Shown: positions 1 to 7,800 of the stretch, one piece after another
Layout: every line of letters starts with the position of its first letter
Position numbering within the stretch: position 1 is the stretch's first letter
Origin: Collinsella sp.
GTDB taxonomy: Bacteria > Actinomycetota > Coriobacteriia > Coriobacteriales > Coriobacteriaceae
Direction: 5' to 3'
Assembly: GCA_036298675.1 (NCBI GenBank)
Contig: JAXJIO010000031.1
Location: 21,386-85,385 of the forward strand
DNA length: 64,000 nucleotides
Position numbers and translations under genes: made by a program
Notes under the pieces: model-generated
The model's database searches: none
What the model was told of the DNA's origin: nothing
The model's input: the letters and a program-made list of their open reading frames with translations, nothing else

Positions 1-251
1 TTTTCGAGCTTGTCGCGCATGGTGGGACTCCTTTATGTACGTGAAGGCGAAAATCGGCAGAGTTGATGGGGCGCGCGGCGCCGCTGCGGGGGTAAGCCCA
101 GCTAGAACATGTCGATCTTCAGATACATGCGCATCCCTTCGCGTATGGCGTACATAGTTGCGGTCTAACCCATACATGATAGCGTGCGCAGGCATACCTG
201 CATATAACCCGCACGGAATGCGACAAAGGGTCAGTCCGCCAACGCAAGGCT

Positions 252-1577
252 CTACTTCAAGAACATGGCCATATATAGCGGAAGCGTCACCTTTTTGCCG
301 TCTCGGCCGACGTTACCGTCTATCAGCTTGTACCCAAGGTTCACGTCCTGCCGCTCGAGCATGTCGTTGAGCGATACCGTAGATCCGCGCGAGGCCTTCA
401 CCTCAATGGGCACAACGCTCGCGTCGGGCGAGTCGACGAGAAACTCTATTTCCCTATCGCCCTTCTGCGACCGCCAGTAACGCAGAGCCACACCCCGCGC
501 CGAAAGCATGCAGGCGACCAGGTTCTCGTAGAGGCCGCCCTTCATGGGACCCGCGAGCTTGTTGTTCACCACCGCCTCCAGCATTTCGAAGCCGTACATG
601 GCCATGAGCACGCCCGTATCGGCAGCATAGAGGCGAAACTTCGTCCCGTCTTCATAGGCGGCAAGAGGGAATTGGGCGGCGCTCACCGACTGGCACCGTC
701 GCACCATACCTGCTCCCACGAGCCAATCCACGGACGAGCCATATTTGCGCGCCGTTCCCCTGTTCTCGACCACGGAATACTGGAACTTCGTATTCTCCTT
801 TGCGAGCTGGCGCGGCAACGATTCAAAGCACGCCCGCGCACGCACGCGCTCGGGGGCTTGCGCGTATCGAGCCACGTCGTCGAGATACGAGGCGAGCAGC
901 CTGCTTTGCTCGTCGAAAGCAACGGCGAAGTTGCCCGTCCGCGCAAAGGCGTCCACCACCGCAGGCATACCGCCGACCGCGAGGTACTCGCGCAGCATCT
1001 GCATCATCTTCTGATTCACCGCAACGGGCACGGGCATCAACGACTCATAGTATTCCCGCAAATTGGCGATATCGTCCTCCCCATACCCGCGCGCCCAAAG
1101 GTACTCCTCGAAATCGAGGGGGCCCATTTCGACCTCTCGCTCGTACCCAACGGGAATGGAGGCGAGCGCAGCCTCCTCCTTGAACCGAATGCCCAGAAGC
1201 GAGCCCGACGCAACGACATCGCACCTGCCGTCGAGAGCGAGATACTTAAGCGCAGCGCGAGCACGCGGGCACTCCTGAATCTCGTCGAGGAAAAGAAGCG
1301 TTCGTCCTGGAACAAAGCGCACGCCGGGCACGACGAGCGATATCTGCCGGTAGATCGAGTCGGCATCGATTGGGCCATCGAACACCCGCTTAAGGTCCGG
1401 GGACCCAATGAAGTCTATGGAGATGAAGCTTTCGTAGTCCTGCCGCCCGAACTCGGCGACTATGTACGACTTGCCAACCTGTCGCGCGCCCTTGATGAGA
1501 AGGCATTCGGCGCCCTTTTCCGCCCGCCACGAACGGAGGGTGTCGAGCATCTTTCGCTTCAGCACACTACGCACCAT
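252..1577 (-). CDS. AAA+ ATPase with C-terminal DUF4143 / PD-(D/E)xK-like domain (COG1373 type)
   Basis: 441-aa ORF. Walker A is GARQVGKS and Walker B is LLFLDEIQ. The C-terminal EIEFLV...VPIEVKAS looks like a D/E..ExK nuclease motif. Paralog of 19981-21342. The exact start (1577 ATG or 1565 GTG) is uncertain. Confidence 0.85.
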   Translation of the reverse strand: MVRSVLKRKMLDTLRSWRAEKGAECLLIKGARQVGKSYIVAEFGRQDYESFISIDFIGSPDLKRVFDGPIDADSIYRQISLVVPGVRFVPGRTLLFLDEIQECPRARAALKYLALDGRCDVVASGSLLGIRFKEEAALASIPVGYEREVEMGPLDFEEYLWARGYGEDDIANLREYYESLMPVPVAVNQKMMQMLREYLAVGGMPAVVDAFARTGNFAVAFDEQSRLLASYLDDVARYAQAPERVRARACFESLPRQLAKENTKFQYSVVENRGTARKYGSSVDWLVGAGMVRRCQSVSAAQFPLAAYEDGTKFRLYAADTGVLMAMYGFEMLEAVVNNKLAGPMKGGLYENLVACMLSARGVALRYWRSQKGDREIEFLVDSPDASVVPIEVKASRGSTVSLNDMLERQDVNLGYKLIDGNVGRDGKKVTLPLYMAMFLK

Positions 1578-1592
1578 CCTTCACCTGCTGTT

Positions 1593-1702
1593 TGCAGCTT
1601 TTCAGGATGGATTTTACCAACTTTTGCAGCTTTTCCGGGTGTATTTGGCCTAGATTTGCAGCTTTTCCGGGTCAAGATAGCCGCTTCGTGCAGCTTTTCC
1701 GG
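1593..1702 (-). repeat. Four direct repeats TGCAGCTTTTC(C/A)GG with exact 32-bp phasing in the leader of the ATPase gene
   Basis: Repeat starts read directly at 1593, 1625, 1657 and 1689. The repeats are 14 bp with 18-bp unrelated spacers. The array ends 16 nt upstream of the ATG at 1577. Confidence 0.9.
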
Positions 1703-1782
1703 ACTTCTAGAGGGCGCGGCGCGCTTAGGAGCTGCAGAATCATAATCGCGTGCAAACGGCGGGCTAACATAGCCTTTCACCG

Positions 1783-1820
1783 AAAAGGGCGGGCGGCCGC
1801 GCCCTGCGACCACCCGCCCT
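1783..1820 (-). terminator. Rho-independent terminator downstream of the giant adhesin gene
   Basis: On the minus strand, the GC-rich stem GGGCGGGTGG...CCGCCCGCCC is followed by TTTTCGG. It lies 30 nt after the stop at 1849. Confidence 0.7.
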
Positions 1821-1848
1821 CAATCAAAGCCCTTCTCGGCCGCCGCAG

Positions 1849-4800
1849 CTACCGGTTCCGGCGCCGCAGGATCACACCTGTGGCGATCAGCACCACTGCG
1901 CCGCCCGCGATGCCACCCAGGGCCATCGGCGACAAGCTGGTATCGCCCATGTTCGGCAGACCCGGCTTCTCCTCCTTCGACACCGGTGGGTTGGTGGGCG
2001 GCTCCGTCGGCGGGTTGACCGGCGGGGTGGTCGGCGGCGTGTACGTGTTCTTGAACACCGGCGCCACGTCACCGTCATAGGTTACCGTCGCCACCAGATG
2101 GCCCGCGCCGTCGTCCGTCACCATCACCGTTACCTGGTGCTCGGCCGCGTCGTACGTCACGTTCTTCTGACCGTCGTCCACCTCGGAGATGCTGTAGGTG
2201 TATGTCCCGGGCTTGTCGTACGAGATCGCCTCGAAGCCCACCGTGCCGCCTGCCGCGTTCTTGGCGGTCTGCAGCACTTTGCCATCGGCATCCTTCAGCT
2301 GGAAGGAGAACTGCCCTTCCTTTAGGTCCTTGCCGCTCAGCACCTTGGAGGCCCCCAGCTTCACCTCAGTCGCGGCCGGCGCGTAGCTGTTGCTGAATGC
2401 CACCGCATCCGCAGCCTTGCCGCCCTTGCTGTAGGCAACCTGCGCCTCCAGCGCGTGCGTCTCCGCATTCTCCGTCACCGTCACCGTCGCGGTAAAGACC
2501 GTCGTGTCGTAGGTGACGCCGTTCGCCGTCGCGCCGACCTGCTCGGAGACGGTATAGACATACGTCCCCGCCTTGTCCAGCTGCAGCGGCGCAAAGTTGA
2601 ACGTGCCGTCGGCGCCGTTCTGCACCGTCTGCACCACGTTACCGTCGGCGTCCTTCAGGTCGAAGGAGAACTCACCCTCGGCCAAGTCGCGGCCGGTCAG
2701 AGCCTTCGTTCCGGTAATCGTCGCCGTCGTTGCCGTCGGCGTGTAGATGTTGGTGAAGGTCAGATCCGCAGCCGTCTTGTTCGCCGTCGCGGTCAGCTGG
2801 CCGCTGCCGTCGTCGGTCACGCTCACCGTCACATCCAACACCGCATCGCTGTAAGTGATGGTGCCATCTTGGCCCGCAACCTCCTTCACCTGGTACGCAT
2901 GCGAACCAGTCGCAGTGTACGAGATGGCCTTGAAGGTAAACGCGTTACCCACGTTCGTGGTCCGGTCGATCTCCTGCCCGGTGGCCACGTCAATCAGCGC
3001 GAACGTGAACTCGCCATCGGCGGGCGTCCGCATGGTGGCCGAATCGGTATTCTCAAGCACCTTGGTGCCGGAGATCTGGTAGGAGGTCGCGCCCGGCTGG
3101 TAGCTGTTCGCAAACGTCATGGTTTTGGGGGTGACGCCGTTCTCGGTGCCCTCGCTCGGCTTCACCGTGGAGTTCTCTACCACCAGCTTGCCGTCGTTGT
3201 TGTCCTTCACCACGTAGGTCAGGGTGTACGTCTTGCCGGTGTAGGTCACGCCCGGCACGCCCGGCGCGTCCCCCGTCGGCTGCACCTCGCGGACCGTGTA
3301 GGTAAAGGTGCCCGCATGGTCGAAGGTCAGCTTGTCGAAGGCAACCTTGCCGTGCGCATCGTTCTTCTGGGTCTGGATCACCGAGCCGTCAGACCCCACC
3401 AGCTCGAAGGCGAAGTCTCCCGCCTTTAGCTGATAGCTGCCGTCGTGCACGTCAACGCTCTTGGTGAGGGCGATCGCGCCGGAGTCCGTCGCCTGTGCCT
3501 CATAGGTGTTGGTGAAGCTGGGCTTCGTGACATTCGTGCCGTCGTAGGCGACGCTCGCCTGCAGCGTGCCGGCATTGTCCGCAACCGTCACCACGGCATG
3601 GTGCACCGCGGCGTCGTAGGTCACGTAGGCCAGATCACCCTTCCGCTCCACGATGGTGTACTCGTGCGTGCCCGGCTTCGCGTAGGAGAAGGCGTCGAAG
3701 TTAACACTTCCGTCCGCGCCGTTGGTCGCGGTCCGGACGGGCTTGGCCCCGGCAAGCTGCTCAGCCGTCAGGTTGCCCTCGTACACATCGAAGGTGAACT
3801 CGCCGCACTTGGGGACGATCGGCGTGTTGTCGTCCTTCTTCACATAGCTCTTCTGCGCACCGAGGGCCAGGCCGGTCGCGGCCGGCTGGTAGGTGTTGGT
3901 GAAGGTATCCGAGCCGGATGCGCTCGTCACGATCGCCTTCGCATTCAGTGCTCCGTTCCCGCCGTCCGTGACCGTCACCGTATAGGTGAGGGGATGGCTG
4001 TCATAGACCATGCCCGGCTCCGCGCCCGGCTGCTCCACGATGGTGTAGGTGAAGTCCTTGCTCGCGGCGCCGTCCAAGTCGGAGAGCTGGAACTCGCGCG
4101 TGAAGCTGACCTTGCCGTTTGCATCGTTCTTCGCGGTGTCGAGCACGTTGCCGGCAGCGTCCTTCAGGTCGAAGGTGAACTCGCCGTCCGCGGGCTTCGT
4201 CGTGTGGTCGAAGCCGTCCGCAACCTTGATGGTCTTGGTCGCCGTCAGGGTTACGGAACCCTTTGCGTCGTAGGTGTTGTTGAAGATGGGAGCCGTAGCG
4301 GCACCGTCATAGGTGACGGTCACCTTCGTCTTGTTGTTGTCGCCCTGGTTCTGCTCTACCTTGACGTGGACCTTGACTTCCTTGGCGTCGTAGGCCACGC
4401 CGTCGACGGTCTGGCCGGCTTTCTCCTCCTTGAGCGTGTAGTCGTACTCGCCCAGGTTCAGGTTCTTGACGGCCAGCTCGACCTTGCCGCCCCGGTCGTT
4501 GGTGCCCTTGGCGACCTCGTTGCCGGCCTGGTCGTACAGGCCGAAGGTAAACGCGTCGGCCGTCAGGTCCTTGCCCGTGAGGATCTTCGTCGCCTCGACG
4601 GTAACGTCCGTCGTCGGCTTCGAGTTGGTGAAGGTCGGAACGTCGGCCTCGCCGTCGTAGGTGGCGGTCGCCTTTAGCTCGCCCTTCTCATCGGAGACCT
4701 TGATGTGGACCTTCACGTCCTTCGTGTCGTACACGACGGTCGGGTCGTTGCCGGCAACCTCCTTGATGGTGTAGTCGTGATCGCCCGGCGTGTCGTAGCT

Positions 4801-7800
4801 GATTGCCTGGAAGGCGACCTTGCCGTCCTTGTCATTCTGGACGGTCTGGATCACGTTGCCATCCTTGTCGAGCAACTGGAACGTGAAGTCGCTCCCTGCG
4901 AGCTCACCACCTGTGAAGCGCTTCGTCGCCTTGAGCGTTACCGAGGTCTCCTTCGGGTGGTACGTGTTCGTGAAGGTCTGCGAGTTGTCTCCACTCGAGA
5001 CCTGCGGTGTGGCCGTCAGCGCGCCGGCGCCATCGTCCGCGACCGTCACCTTGTAGATGAGCGCATGGGTGTCGTAGACCATGCCCGGCTCCGCGCCCCG
5101 CTGCTCCACGATGGTGTAGGTGAAGTCCTTGCTCGCGGCGCCGCCCAGGTCGGAGAGCTTGAAGTCGCGCGTGAACTTCACCGTGCCATCGGCCTTGTTC
5201 TTCATGGTATCGAGCACTTTGCCGTCGGCGTCCTTCAGCTCGAACGTGTACTCGCCGCCCCTCAGCGTGGTGTCGTGCGTGAAGCCCGGCGCGACCGCGA
5301 CGACCTTGGTCGCCGTCAGCTCCGCGGATCCCTTTGCGGTATAGGTGTTCTTGAAGGTGGGGGCATCCGTCTTGCCGTCGTCGTAGGTGACGCTCGCTTC
5401 CAGCTGCCCGGCGTTGTCCACGACCTTCACCACAGCGTGGTGCACCGTATCGTCGTAGGTCACGTGGGACAGGTCGCCCTTCTGCTCCGCGATAGTGTAT
5501 TTGTACTCGCCGGCCTTGGTGTAGTTGATGACCCGGAAGGTGACGGTGCCGCCCTCGCCGTTCTCAGCGGCCCGGATGGGCTGCTTGCCCTTCAGCTGCT
5601 CAGCCGTCAGGTTGCCCTCGTACACATCGAAGGTGAACTCGCCGCCCTTGAGTACGATCGGCGTGTTGTCGGACTTCACGTACGATTTCTTCGCCGTGAG
5701 TGTAGCCGAGGTCTCGGCAGGCTGGTACTTGTTGGTGAAGGTCGGGGCGGCATTCTTGTCGTCATAGGTGACAGTCGCCTTTGCCTTGTCACCGTCCGCC
5801 TTCACCGAGACGTGGACCTTCACCGCCGCGGAATCGTAGGTGATGGTCGAATCGCCGCCAGCGACCTCCTTGAGCGTGTAGTCGTACTCGCCTATGGTCA
5901 GACCGGTGAGGATGAGCTTAATCTTGCCGTCCTTGTCGTTCTGGACAGTCTGGATGGGATCAACCGTAGTCGTGTCGCCTTGATATAGGCCGAAAGTGAA
6001 CGCACCAGCCGTCAGGTCCTTGCCCTTGAGGGTCTTCGTCGCCTCGATAGTGGCGTCGGCCGTCGGCTTCGAGTTGGTGAAGGTCGGAGCGTCGGCCTTG
6101 CCGTCGTAGGTGGCGGTCGCGCTCAGCGTGCCGTTCTTGTTATCGGTGACGCTAACGCGCACTTTCACCGTCTTGCCGTCGTAAACGATAGTCGGGTCGG
6201 TGCCTTCGACCTCCTTGATGGCGTAGTCGTGCTCACCAGCCTCGGTGTAATCAATGGCCGGGAAGGTGATGTCGCCATTGGCATCGTTCTTTTCTTCGGC
6301 GACAACCTTATCGCCCTCCTTCACCTGGAATGAGAACTGCTGGTTCTCAAGGGTGCCGCCCGTAAATTGCTTCTTCGCCGCCAGGGTCACGGAACCCTTC
6401 GCAGCATAGCTGTTGTTGAAGGTGGCGAGGTTCACCTTGCCGTTCTTGACCTCAAGCGTCTCGCGCTTGTCATCGCCGCTCTTCTCCACCGTCACGCCTG
6501 TGACAGTCAGCTTGGCGTTCTTATCCTCGACCCTCACCGTGACGGTATAGGTCGAGGCGTCCATCGTCCAGCCGGAGTTCTGCACGCCGTCCACCGCCGC
6601 GTCGTCGTCGGCGTCGTGCGCCTCGGTGAGCGTGAACGTGTACGTACCGGCCTTGTTGAACTTCATGCCGGAGAAGTCGACCGTCTGGCCCTTGTCCTTG
6701 ATGATCTTGCCACTCGTGGCCTTGGACTCGGCATGCTCATTGCCCGCCAGAGCATCCGAGACTTTGAGGTCATCATCATCGATCTGCTTCTGCGTCTCTT
6801 CCGTGGCGGTCAGCGTGAACGAGAACGCCTTCTCCGTGCTCTCAACACCGGAGACCTTCTTCGTTACCTGCGGGGTCAGTTCGTCGCTAGCTTCCGCCTT
6901 GTAGGTGTTTGTGAACACCAGCTTGTTGGCTTCGGCCAACGTGCCGTCGGGTTTTTGCTTCTCGATCTCACCGGTGATACTATCGCCTGCGCCGGTCAGA
7001 TTCGTGGTACCCTGCTTGCGGCCGGTCAGCTTATAGCCCGCGGGCATCTTGCCTGCGCCGGTCAGCTCCTGCACCGCGTACTCGTCGCCCTCGCCAAGAC
7101 CGTACACGCGAATCGTCTCGTCGGCCTTGATAGCATGGGTGTCGCCGTTCTTCAAATCGAACACGTCGCCGGCTTGCTTTCCGGCCCCAGCGTTCTTGAA
7201 CACTGCAGCCTTGTAGGTCTTCCCCTCGGGCACGGTGAACTTGAAGGTGAACTCCGCGTCCTTATTGCCCGTCAGGCCATCGGGCAGGGCAACCTTCTTC
7301 GTCACCTCGAGGCTCGCCTCGCGTTCGTTCGCCACGCGCACGCAGGTGGCACCTGTGAACAGGGCGTTCAAATTCATGTCGCCCAGATTGGCACGGGCGC
7401 CCTTCGCATTAGTGTCACCAGGCACGTCCTGCGTGATGCCCATACGTATCCAGCCCGTCTCGGTCTCCAAGCGATAAGGTTTGCCTTCCTCTGTGGGCCC
7501 ATACTGGTAGACACGTCCGTTGGCGCCGTACTTGAGGTGCACCTCATCCTCGCCGCCCTTGGCGTCATTGTTCCAGGAAAGGTTGTCGTTGCCGTCGAGC
7601 GTCCCGTCGGACGTCTGGCGCTGGCCCTTGATCCACGTGAGCGTGTTGTCGATGTCGCCCTCTGCGCCAAACTGGCCCAGGCTCTTCATGAGCGCGCCCG
7701 GGCCCACGAACGTCGAAACACCGTCATCGGCCGTACCAGCATCGGCATGGACGCCGTAATCGTCCACAATCACCTTGGTGAGCGTGTCGTTAAGCAGGAA

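Noticed and set aside
1-20. An apparent start of a minus-strand gene (ATGCGCGACAAGCTCGAAAA, preceded by AAAGGAG) runs off the left edge of the window.
   Set aside because: Only 6 codons are visible, so neither product nor reality can be assessed.
1593-1702. Could the phased repeat arrays (1593-1702 and 21367-21445) be mini-CRISPR arrays?
   Set aside because: The repeats are only 10-14 bp with 18-23-bp spacers, there are only 3-4 units, no cas genes are present, and the repeats lie directly in gene leaders.
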